DNA of 63,205 nt, counting the filler. It is 5 parts of 5 records of this genome, joined end to end, with 100 filler letters (N's around TTAATTAATTAA, not from the genome) between each part and the next. Parts side by side here need not be neighbours in the genome. Positions count along the whole stretch, not along the records: positions 36,531 to 54,770 come from SRR2962707_1787; positions 54,871 to 63,205 come from SRR2962707_1790; 3 more parts are not named here. One strand, written 5' to 3'. Position numbers and translations under genes: made by a program. Shown here piece by piece: positions 52,436 to 63,205 of the stretch (the stretch's first letter is position 1; the number at the start of each line of letters is the position of its first letter). Below the pieces are notes generated by a model. The model saw nothing but the letters and a program-made list of their open reading frames with translations, made no database searches and had not been told where the DNA came from.

Positions 52436-53641
52436 ATGTACACTAATTTACGTAGTAAACAGCGATACAAGGGCTTGCCTGCCGTGCATTTCTCTGAAAG
52501 TGAAGACTTTTTTAGCCACGATTACCATGAGTTGATTGGCCTTATCTATGATGCAGTAACCTCGGAACACGGATTCTTCCCGTTCCTGAATCGGTTTATC
52601 CAGATCTTTCATGGCCACAGCGCTTCGTTTGCCATCTACGACACCGCGGAAAACTCCCTGGTGGGTGCCTGGACCGTGAACATCCCCGATGAAGCCCTGC
52701 GCTTTTACTCCGAGCATGTTTCCCATCAGGATGTTCTGGTGGAGCGTGCGATGTCGGTTTACCACCAGGGGGAATGTCGTTTCGTAGCCAGTAACCTGGA
52801 CCTTGGCCCTGATGTGAAACGCCTGCGCCGCGATACCCGGGCGGAAGAATGGCTGGAAAGCTATGGAGCCAGTGAAGCGGCGGGCGCGGTTGCGTACATG
52901 GAAGGGCATTACCTGAATTTTTTCGGAGTGCAGCGGTCGCCGGAACAGCCTGCGTTCAGTTATGAAGAGCTGACGGTGTTTGATGGCTTTCTGCCGCACC
53001 TACATCGCGCTGTCGGTCTTTATACACGGTTGATGCAGAAACGATGTGGTGATGCGGTTGAGCGATTGGTACTTGAACGTTTTAATCGGGGCATCATCAT
53101 TTGTGATGCCTCTTTCCGGGTGGCGTTCCGCAATGCCAAAGCGGAAGAGATTCTGGCCGGAAACGGAGGTTTGCGTATCAATGATGAGGGCACACTGACG
53201 GCTCAGGGAAATGAAAGTGCGCGGCAGTTTGCCATCCTGCTGTCATCGGCGGTAGAGGCGTCAATTGCCCGGAGAGAGCTGGAGGATCAGGTTTTCAACC
53301 TGGAGCAGGGCGAACAGCGTATTACCCTGGTCGTCACGCCATTACTGGGTCGGACCAACGCCGACAGCACGGCTCGCGGTGCCCTGATTACCCTGCATGA
53401 CTGGAGTTGGAATCCGGAGGTCAATGAAGAGCTGTTGCGCAGCTTGTTTGACTTGACCGATGCTGAGGCTGCGGTGGCTTCTGAGCTCCTCAATGGCCAG
53501 AGCCTGGCGGACATTGCACAGAGCTCGGGGCGGTCACGGGAAACGGTCAAATACCATCTCAACAGCATATTTCGTAAAACTCGCACACGTCGCCAGGGTG
53601 AGCTGGTGTCTTTGTTGTCTCGGGCCGGCGTGTCGGTTTGA
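52436..53641 (+). CDS. LuxR-type HTH regulator with GAF/PAS-like sensor
   Basis: LIGLIYDA, LPHLHRAV, C-terminal FDLTDAEAAVA…SRETVKYHLNSIFRKT…RQGELV. Confidence 0.88.
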   Translation: MYTNLRSKQRYKGLPAVHFSESEDFFSHDYHELIGLIYDAVTSEHGFFPFLNRFIQIFHGHSASFAIYDTAENSLVGAWTVNIPDEALRFYSEHVSHQDVLVERAMSVYHQGECRFVASNLDLGPDVKRLRRDTRAEEWLESYGASEAAGAVAYMEGHYLNFFGVQRSPEQPAFSYEELTVFDGFLPHLHRAVGLYTRLMQKRCGDAVERLVLERFNRGIIICDASFRVAFRNAKAEEILAGNGGLRINDEGTLTAQGNESARQFAILLSSAVEASIARRELEDQVFNLEQGEQRITLVVTPLLGRTNADSTARGALITLHDWSWNPEVNEELLRSLFDLTDAEAAVASELLNGQSLADIAQSSGRSRETVKYHLNSIFRKTRTRRQGELVSLLSRAGVSV

Positions 53642-53652
53642 TTCCTTGCCAT

Positions 53653-53678
53653 AAAAAAAGCCGCGCATAGCGCGGCTT
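53653..53678. terminator. Intrinsic terminator
   Basis: AAAAAAAGCCGCGC-ata-GCGCGGCTT. Confidence 0.75.
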
Positions 53679-53839
53679 CAAGAAGGTACCAGCCTCGCAA
53701 GGAGGCGGGTTGGACTAGTTCAGAGACACTAATCAACGTGACTATTATCAATTTCTGATCTGTCTTGATGAAGGTCACAAATTGCCATTTGTCGGTCATT
53801 TCCGGCCAGGATTTTTGGCCTGACCGGAAGCTCTGCCGC

Positions 53840-54770
53840 TTAGGCCATCCACTGCTCATCTTCCAGGGCCATCAGGCTGTCTTTGTCGGACTGGATATCC
53901 CGTAGCAGCCAGTCCGCCTCAGGCATCAGTTTCTCGAAATAGAAACGGGCGGATACCTGCTTGCTTTCCAGTAGTGGCTTGTTACCTGCGCCGGCTTCGA
54001 GCTGCTGGCCAGCCACGGCAGCTATGCGGGACCACAGATAGCCGATGACGGTCAGGGCTGTCAGACGCAGATATGGTGTCGCCGCAGCGCCAGCCTGCTC
54101 CGGATCTTTCGGGGCATTCTGGGCCAGCCACAGAGTGGCCTGCTCAAGACCCTTGACGGCGCCTTTAAGTTCTTCCCGGTAGGGCGCATCAGGATTGTCT
54201 TTCAGGTAACCCGTCAGCTCGGCAAACAGGGCGCGTACCAGTTGCCCGCCCTTCAGCGACAGTTTGCGGCCCACCAGATCCATCGCCTGGATGCCGTTGG
54301 TGCCCTCGTAGATACGGGCGATACGGCCATCGCGTACCAGTTGTTCCAGCGGCCAGTCCTGGGTGAAGCCGGAGCCACCCAGCACCTGCTGGCCCCAGTT
54401 GGCGTTGTTGTAGCCCTCATCGGTCAGGAAGGCTTTGACCACCGGCGTCAGCAGCTGTACCAGGTCGTCGGCGTTTTCACGAACCTCTTCGTCCGGGTGT
54501 GCCACCGAGAGATCCAGTTGGTGGCCGGTAAACAGTGCCAGCGCACGCATGCCCTCGTTCAGCACTTTCTGGCGCATCAGCATGCGGCGTACATCCGGGT
54601 GCACAATGATCGGGTCGGCGGGGCCGTCGGGGTTTTTCGGGCCACTCAGGGAGCGGCTTTGCAGACGCTCTCTGGCGAAGGCCAGGCTCTCCTGGTAGGC
54701 CATTTCCGCCAGGCCCAGGCCCTGCATGCCCACCATCAGACGGGCTTCGTTCATCATGGTGAACATGGCG
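53840..54770 (-). CDS. Acyl-CoA dehydrogenase, 5'-truncated
   Basis: MFTMMNEARL, IIVHPDVRRML, QVLGGSG, IYEGTNGIQAMDLVGRK. Confidence 0.92.
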
Positions 54771-54870
54771 NNNNNNNNNNNNNNNNNNNNNNNNNNNNNN
54801 NNNNNNNNNNNNNNTTAATTAATTAANNNNNNNNNNNNNNNNNNNNNNNNNNNNNNNNNNNNNNNNNNNN
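54771..54870. other. Artificial contig linker
   Basis: 44 N + TTAATTAATTAA + 44 N. Confidence 0.98.
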
Positions 54871-54899
54871 AACCAGCAGACTCTCAAAGAGAGCCCACC
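54871..54899 (-). repeat. Conserved hairpin motif (copy 2) at the contig end
   Basis: The minus strand GGUGGGCUCUC-UUU-GAGAGUCUGCU matches the motif at 210-241. Confidence 0.6.
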
Positions 54900-55541
54900 G
54901 AAGTGCAAGCAGGTCGGTCTGTCACCAAAGAGGAGACGAGTGCAAAACCGATCCCGTGCGGATACCATGGCTTATATTCCTCACACAAAGCCGCTTAATA
55001 CCTTCAATACCCCAAACAAATAACTTCAAAATAAAAACCAGTGTAGACTTTTGTACTGGGCCACAAGCGCCACCTGGGCAAAAGCTGGCTCGGGGACTGA
55101 ATCAAATTGATTTACAATAGAATAATGATGTAAAGCACCGTGATGGAAAGAACACAACAGTGCATGGAGCGGTGGTTCGGACAGATCTCTCTCGCGTAGC
55201 AATAAAAGCAATGACTAGAAAATGTGAGCAGACAACTAAGTAGAGACAGTTGAAAGCGCTCCATGATGAGACACGGCAGAGGGGTAAGAAACGCGCTAAA
55301 GTTTGCAGTTTCCCGTATTTGGCAAACTGTGCCGGAGCGTATTCAGCAGCCTCCTCCTATCCACCAGCGACACAGAAAGTTTTGCCCACAAAGCGTGCCA
55401 TGAATTGTCGTTGGGGTGCCATTGACGGCTGCGTGCTCTGTGGTTACGAGGCGAAGCATGCCCAAGGCAGCTGAGAACTGCCGTGCATAATGCGGTAATG
55501 AACTTAACAATTAGTGTCCGCATTGTGGCATCCCACAAATG

Positions 55542-58500
55542 TCAAAAGGTGGGGGACGTAACGAGGCCAAGCTGGCCCAACGCAGGCGAGGTGCGCGGGC
55601 TGCCAAAACTTCGTTTCGTCTCAGCTTCACTTCGCCGGCGGGTATCTACAGCGAGCTTCAGGTTGGGGGGCAGCAATTGCTCGGGCGCCTCTCCATGGTC
55701 TTCTCTCCGAAGCAACTTTTGCAGGGGTGCCAAGATTTGCCTTGCTGAATCAGGGAAAGCATCGGCGAGTGTTGCTGGGAACCATTCTTTAAGCGGCAAG
55801 AACTTGCTTGTACCGGTCCCCTTGTCGCTGTTTCCTGGTGGACCGAGGCAGACTAACAGACCAAGATGAAAGTAGCCTTGCTTCAGCCAGCTTCGCATTT
55901 GTGCTGACCGAAAAGGCCCAAACACAGCACCTTCCAGGTCCTTATAAAACCAGCCGACGTTATCGAATGACAGGGGATCCACCTCTGCTTCCCCTTGACG
56001 CCGATACCTGACGCGTCAGACAAATAAGCAAAAGTGCAGCACGATACTCGTCAGTCGTGGCCCATCCGAATCACTGAACCAACATGCGCATAATTCCACA
56101 TTCAACACACCTGACTTTGCTGGAAGCGGAGTCCCCGAGGTCCACCTTCCCATCCGGCGTATTGGAGGCCAAGCCGGCGTAAACGCGAGCTGCGAGCGCA
56201 AGGTACTGGGCCAACGTTGGGCCACCGCTCCGCTGGTCTCTTGTCAGGGCCCGCCGTACCGCAGCAGATGGCTTGACGTTCTTTTGTACCTCGCGCACAC
56301 GCTCTCGCTCTGCCTTGACTTCTTCGGCACGAATGGCAGCTTCGTCACGTGCGACTTTGGTCTCTAGTTCTTGCAGTCGTTTTTCTAAATGTGCGGTGTG
56401 ATCCAACGTCGTCGAGTGGACAGTCTTGGAGGCAACTACTTCCGCATGGATTGCACGCGTAATGGCGCGTACTTGCTGGTGCACTGGACTCAAGTCTAAC
56501 ACGCGTGACTGGTGATCCGGCGATGCAATCGCCAGCACACCTTCCGCCATTCCAGACTGAGTATGCTGGTCTTGCAACGACAAATACTTGGCAGGGGCTT
56601 CCCATTGAGCCCGCTTGTCCTCGATGTTGTAATAAAAAACACTTCCATCGTCCGAGATTGCTTCGCGCCACAAGACCACGTGTCGGCTTCGAAGATGGCG
56701 CCGACTACCATGAAGGTTACATTGCCGACGACGAAACCACTGCTGCAAACAAACGGCAGCTTCGCGCTCTCGACGACGAGCCCGCTGCAGCACAGCTCGA
56801 TCTTCGGCATTTGGACCAATGGACATAAGTCTACATGATGCACAGGACATACCAAGGAGCCCAAGTTAGAATCAGTACGGGCTGCAGCATCGGTCGAACA
56901 GCGCGCAGGAAAGTGCAAAGAAAAAAAATCGTACTGATAAAAAGCGTCATTGGTGATTTCAAGCTCTTCAGCCTGAGAACATCTTTGAGCAAGTTGTTGA
57001 CGCTCGGCAATATTGCGCTCTGCATCGTCAATCTCTTCGTCGATCATATCAAGGGCATCCTCAGTCACATCAGCCTGGGAGGGGCATGCACACCAACACA
57101 CATGTCAAAAAAGCGGCCATAAACACACGTGTTGCAGCTTCTATCGCCAGCACGCGATAGTATGACTGTGACAACACCGGAATCGCAAAGTACGCACTTG
57201 GTTGTCGACAAGCCAAGCGATAAGCTTCGTTTTCGAGGCACCTTCGTATGGCTGAACGTCAATAGCGATGTCCAGAGCACACTGGCCGGCAGCATTGCGC
57301 CGACGAAGTATGGAGAACAACTGAGCGTTCAAACTATTTGCTGCCGCTTGGGCCGCGCCAACTGCTCCGTCGCCGGATTCATCGGGCCCCTGGGTGTGGG
57401 CGTTCGCCGCTTCTTCGAGGCGCACCTTCTCCTGGTGCTGTTCGAGGAGATACTTGCAAACAGTCAAGCCCTTGTCCCCAGCCGTGACAGCGTGGTGTAA
57501 TGGTGTGTCTCCCACAAGGTCAACGTGTGTGAGCATCGCGCCTTGACTCACCTGGCCACAAAACAGGTTTAGTGTTGGAAAGCGACCAGCAGCTCCGATT
57601 TGAGCACAGAATACGATCAAAACCCCACGCGCGGCACCAACCACGCACCAGATATTTTAAGGTTTCCAGCGAGCCCGAGCGACATGCAGAATGCACAAGA
57701 GACGTAAAGTACACCTGGTCTCTCATGTTCACGAGAAAGACGCCTGCGAGGCGCCGGAGGCTGTCAAATGGAGGCCGCTCACGTCGCATTAGCTCGCGGC
57801 ACATCTCCACGTCCCCGAGACGGCACGCTCTGTCCATTTCAGAGAACCAGGCGTTTACCTTGCGCGTGCGAAGAAAGGACATCATCACCCCCTTGACTTT
57901 ATTTGCTGCACGGGTCTTCTTGCGGAACCACGAGCGAAGCGCTGAGAAGCGAAGAAATTGCTGTGCGGCGCGAATTGCACCCACGCGGCGAAGATACCTA
58001 ATGATGACCATCCAGGGTAAGAGTTTCCCGTACGCGCAAATTGGCCTTGCCCTGGAAAACCACATCGGATGCATCCTCAATATTTCGTACCTCTTTCGCT
58101 GTGCTACCATTCGCCCAAACGATTGCACAACTCGAACGGCGTCCTGAACACGCCAGTACCAAACCCTGTAGACTAAACCTCGAACAACAGCTTGAACACG
58201 TGGAATGAGCTGCAACACAAAACAGAAATGTTGCCGCTCGTCCTAGGAAAGGCATCGCAAAAAAAAAACGCACAAGCTTGAGAAAAACTTCTGACTTAGC
58301 AAAGGCAATAAAAAACCACACTCTAACAAACACCGCTTCAAAAAATGCAACGTGCCTGCATTGCATAAAAGTTGGCCACATTGGAGACCGCGAGGGCGGT
58401 ATTGCGCAACGAAATTTGTGTCCGCTGAAAATGGCGACGGGCCAGGAAGCCCTTGAAGTGTCGTTGGATACGAATGCGGCGCCGAAGCTGCCTTAACTTC

Positions 58501-61500
58501 TCTTGCAGACGACTGCCAAGCACTGCAACAGCCATATGTGTAGACGCGCCGCTGGCTGTTGATTCTGACAATACTTCAAGGTACTCAGTTGCTCTGTACT
58601 CAACAATGGCCTTCGCAACGGCCATCCATTTACGTGACAAATCTCGCTTCCGCCAAGAGGTTTGGATCGACAAGCCTGCTTGCTGGCAGTTTTGAAGGTG
58701 CTGAAAGCGCTCTGCGGCCAGGATCGACCTTGCCATGGCTTGAGCGACAATCAACTTTGAGGCCATAAACTCGTACTTGATTTGGAAGTATTTCAAACGC
58801 CAGGCCTCACCCAAAGCACGAACTGCACCCTGCACACGGGCCGTTGAAGAGCTTACCAGAGAGTAACGGGCCTGCCAAGTTACGCAACCTGTGAGTGAGC
58901 ATCCTCCAGCGCAAGCAACAAACATACTGGAGTTGGCGGAGGACAACAGCCATCCACGACATAAAACATACCCATCGATTGATCATTGGCATGATCAAGT
59001 TTGAATGCCATTTTGCCAGTTCAGAGAGTGTCCGATCTTTGCCGAGCACCATCGTGTTGCCCAACAGCCAAAATGGCGGCTTGGCATCAGGATCTGCCCC
59101 ATCCACGGCAGCTCGCGGGTCTGCATTGGCATCAAACGTTGGCAAAGCTTGCTCACAGAGCAAGCGGCACCCTTCCTTCGCATCAACCTGCGAAGGGTCG
59201 ATTGGTGGATTTGTCCTGCGAAAAAAGTGCACAATCAGACGCAGTTGCGGTGAGAAGAAGGCTCCTTTCTTGCACCATCGACACCTGAACAAGATGGTAT
59301 CTGTCACTTGCCAAAGATGGTATTCGTTTCGAATGCACCGCTCCCAAAACAGTTTGAAAGTTTCACGAAAAGGAAACCCTTGCTTGCGAATATCGCAAAT
59401 TTTCTTGACTCCAGCGTATAGAAGCTGCTTGTGCGTCTTGCCGGCATCGAAGCAAATTGAACCATCGATCGGACGTGCTTTGAAGTCATTGGGCTTAATG
59501 CACCTCACGTAGTGTGGATTGGTTTTTTGCAAGTGCCGTGTAAGCTGCCCAAGGTCGGAAAGGAACGTTTTTGCAATGGTTGTGCCACCACGGCCGCTGG
59601 CCTTGGCCTTTGTAAAGTTTTGTGGCAAGGACAACACGCCGCCAAGCGACGTAAGTGGCGTGCCGACAGCGTGGATCAACTCCTGACAAGCCATTGTTTC
59701 AAGCAGGCAACGTACCGACAGTGGAGGATACAGCATGTTCAAAAACGGAATCTTTGAGCTCTCCACAAGTTTTCGCAGCTGCGATGGCAAGTCGTCTCGA
59801 TTCTTTTCCAAAAATCCATGCACATAATACCTACACCCAAGCACACGCACACGAGGTGAGACAGAACGATGCGAACAATGTCGCTGAGGACAAGCATGCT
59901 TCTCGTCGTGCCGCGACAACGCACTTTACATCCTTGGCAAAGTGTTTGATCGAGAAGTGATACTGAGCCATGGATTTCGGCATATCCGATTCCGCGAGAA
60001 CAGCACGAGTCTTTTTGTCGGGTTTATCTCTCGAAACATAGAAAAATTCAGAAGCGTTCCGCATTCTCTGTGTCTTGCCCTTGGCAGCCTACCAGGGAGA
60101 GATTTCGCAAATTGTCAAAACACGAGTGTTGCCGGCAAAAGTGACCAAAAAGGAGTCAGGCCAACCATCTGGCAACGCACAGCGGGTGGCTTTTGATCTG
60201 CACCCCAGGCTTTTTTCAATATGTTGAAAAATTTAGCATCAGTGTTGTTCGGGTTTCCTCGGGACGCGTCGTCAAGAATGTGCATGACACCAATGAACTC
60301 CTTCTTGTGGTATCTGTATAGCGACAGTGCCAATGCAATAAATGCTAGAAAAAGACTGCCATGGCAAGCAAAACCATTTGAGCACACTTACTCGACAAGT
60401 TCGCAGCAAGGCGTGTTCTTCCGCCATTTCGGAATCGATTGATTCAGACCTTCCTTCTTGTAGAAAGCCTCCTCCTCACTGAACACATGCTCGTTGAAGA
60501 GCCATTGCAACTTTTCATTGGCAAAGTTGATGCACAGCTGCTCAAAAGAGTTTACAGCAAAAACCTCGAACCCAAATATGTCGAGCAACGCAACGTATCT
60601 ACACACACAAGTTCCAGCAATGAACACGAGCGTGCCCAAGGGTATGTTGTGCAGGGCACGCCATGCGCAAAACAGCAAACATACCCTTCCGATGTTTTCG
60701 ACAGGTCTTTGTCCGCACCACCAGATAGAATGCTCGAGGTGGTTTGCACAATATAGTCGAACATTTTGTTGTAAATATCGCGAATCAAAGCACCACGAAA
60801 ATTGGAGGCAGTCGCGGGTGGCTTATAGCTGGTAATTGCAGCCTTCCGCTTGTCTGGTTGAATCTACAACAACGCGATGGCCATTGTCAGCAGAGCAGAC
60901 ATACCAACAACGGCGCTCAAACCAATCCCGCGCAAACGTCCGCCTCGCTTAGATGCCTACCTGCACAGTGGTCAAGGCGGTTGCCAGCTCCTCAGCATCG
61001 ACGCCAAGTTGCTTCGCCGCGTCTGCAATGAGCGTCATGTCTGTTGGCCAAGATCCCGACTGCTTGGACCCCCTTTTGGTCACATACTCCTTTTTTTCGA
61101 ACTTGATATTGCCAAGCTTCAACAGCCCGGCAAGAATCTGCCACAGCACCATCTGCGCCTCGTCATCAATCTTGGCGACGGCCTACAGTAGAGCCAGTTT
61201 CGGAAGGCACCAGTGACGGGCAATATTGCAACAACAACGTAAACACACAGCATCTCACATCGTTCACTTGCACGCAGGCATCAAAGGTTGCAAGTTGGCG
61301 CGGAAAAACTCCCCCAACGCAACACTTAACACGCACCGCCAATGAGCGTCGAACTTCTTGGAACTCTTTACGATCGTCCATTTTTGGCACGGTCGTGCAT
61401 CCTTTGAGGATATCGTAGTCTTGAGGCATTTTGAGGCCGAGCGCCTCCTTTTCCGCTGGCGAGGCACCACAGCACAAGAAGTAAAAAATGTGGTAATTGC

Positions 61501-62593
61501 GCTCGCCGTGCCCCTGGCTGACCGTGCGTCCTTTTTCGAGCAAATAATGGTCGATATCTGCACCGAGAATGATTCCATTCCCAAAAAAGATTCTTGTAAA
61601 TTTGCCAAAGCGGCTTGAGTTGTCGTTTTGGTTGGTCTTCGCGTTTCCAAAGGCCTCAAAAAACGGGCTGACGCCGGCTACCAAATCCGCAATGCTCAAG
61701 TCTTGAGGGCTGGAACCCCCCGAGCCAGTACTGGGGTGACGGACCGGCATCGGTTTCCCATGGATGTCGTGCTCACGCCACTGACTCAACTTGACCAAGT
61801 ACTTCGTAATGTCCGTGCAAGACACCGTTTTACCAGCCCCGGACTCACCCGACACGATGCAGCTTTGGTTCTTAAGCCCAGGTTTGTTCATGCCGTATCG
61901 CGCGGGGTCTAAAAGTCCCCAATACGCAAAGTGGGCCGCTGCAAAGACGTGTGGGTTCTCGCCAACCTGAAACTCGACAGGTCGATCTTCGTGAATGACG
62001 TCTACAACTGCAGGGATCCACATGTACGGGTTGAGAGCGATTATGATGTCTCCAACGTACGTGTAGATCTTGAGCTCGTCAATCATGCGGCGCCGAAGCG
62101 TAAGAAGCAAGGCGGCATCGCCAAACCCGTTGATGTGGACAACGTCGTCTGGTGTGCCGTGCACGTATGACCCGATATTGTCGCCTGTGCGTTCATCGTG
62201 CGAGGGGTCATATGGGCACGTTTCAGCCAACGGCACCACGTGTTTGCCAGCTGCGCTCTTTCCGGCGCCCTGCACGCCCGTGACTTCGAACTTCTTTCCA
62301 TCCGAGCCTGGAACCGGCTCGGCCCGGACTTTTTGATACATGTCGGCCACGACTTTCTGCTTCCCGTACTTGGCCACAATATCTCTGGACCTGGTTTCCC
62401 AGTCGTACATGAACCCGTCGATGTTGTCCGCGGTGAGCAGCTGTGTGCGGGTCGAATCGTACCATCGTACAGTCTTCGTATAGTACTCAGGCTGCCGCAG
62501 CTTGACCGCCAAATACTTCCGCTCCACGTCCGAGCGGATGATGTCATCCACTGACTTCCGCAGCGGTGCTTTGACGTACAGCGTCTGGGCCAT
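55542..62593 (-). CDS. Unconventional myosin: motor - IQ motifs - ankyrin repeats - IQ - WW - coiled coil - GYF; multi-exon
   Basis: GESGAGKT, FGNAKT..NDNSSRFGKF, LLDIFGFE..NSFEQLCINFANEKLQ, PHYVRCIKPN; IQ motifs (IQRHFKGFLARR); ankyrin (GDTPLHHAV); WW (WREAISDDGSVFYYN..AQWEAP); GYF (WFYKDLEGAVFGPF..MRSWLKQGYF). The 3' end is uncertain. Confidence 0.85.
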
Positions 62594-63149
62594 CGTTCGT
62601 TGTTGTTCGGTCTAGCCTTGGCACAATGGATCGACAGAGGGCAAAGTTGCGCTCTGCCAACGCAGCAGCAGAGTTCCGAGCAGCCAGTTGCGGCGACGAA
62701 GTGGGGCGGGTGGGAAAGCGTGAGCTCAACGCCCGGTGCCTTTCTTCAACCCTACAAACACGCACGCAGCTAAAACGGCTCGCCCGCTCTGAACGGGCTC
62801 CGCAGGCTCTCTGCTTCGCGCGTACACACTGTTTGGTTTCAATATTTGTTTTTTTTTCGGTATTTTCCTTTCTTTTTCCGCTTCGTTCACTGGCAGGGAA
62901 CACGCGAAGGTCCATTCGCTACCCTTTTTTTTCTTGCACTTTCGTTCCGACTCCGCACGAACCGTGCGGCACGAACGCTGAGTTAGTAACCCACAGCAGC
63001 TTGTTCAACCACACTAGGTCTTGGGTCTTGGTAGTTCTAGTCGTCCCTGTTGGTCGAACAGCGATAGGATGCCGAGGAGTGCTTTGTGTTTCGTGAGCGA
63101 TTTATTCTTCGTGGGTCCTTTGTGCCCCGGCTGTGCTTCGGCTGTTTGT

Positions 63150-63205
63150 TCGTGCGTGCGTGTGCGTGGGTGAGGGGGTGAGTGGGTGAGTTCGTGAGTG
63201 AGTTC
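63150..63205. repeat. GT-rich / (GAGT)n simple repeat at the window end
   Basis: cgtgcgtgcg…gtgagtgggtgag…gtgagtgag. Confidence 0.6.

Noticed and set aside
15282-54870. Large bacterial-to-eukaryote horizontal insertion
   Set aside because: The bacterial segments are bounded by synthetic N/TTAATTAATTAA linkers, so there is no evidence of physical linkage.

Overview
This window is not one chromosome segment. It is five contigs joined by artificial 100-bp linkers (44 N + TTAATTAATTAA + 44 N) at 9786-9885, 15282-15381, 36431-36530 and 54771-54870. Contigs 1 (1-9785), 2 (9886-15281) and 5 (54871-63205) come from an intron-rich eukaryote, probably a stramenopile-like marine protist. Contig 1 encodes a secreted Gly-rich 15-residue-repeat fibre-like protein and a PH-PH/C2 protein. 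Contig 2 encodes one long spliced gene with the architecture WW - coiled coil - RelA/SpoT-like nucleotidyltransferase - LRR. Contig 5 encodes a myosin with an IQ/ankyrin/WW/GYF tail. Contig 3 (15382-36430) is a lower-GC gammaproteobacterium (Marinomonas-like) with a cupredoxin-DUF3034-globin operon, tctCBA-tctDE and a glucosylglycerate cluster. Contig 4 (36531-54770) is a higher-GC gammaproteobacterium (Marinobacter-like) with mostly housekeeping and lipid genes. The best candidate for an undescribed system is the eukaryotic RelA/SpoT-like synthetase fused to LRRs and a WW domain. It becomes visible only after splicing and resembles a sensor-coupled nucleotide-messenger or toxic enzyme. A conserved hairpin shared by two eukaryotic contigs and several GC-AG introns also deserve follow-up. 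All family and taxon calls are motif recognition by eye, with no database searches.
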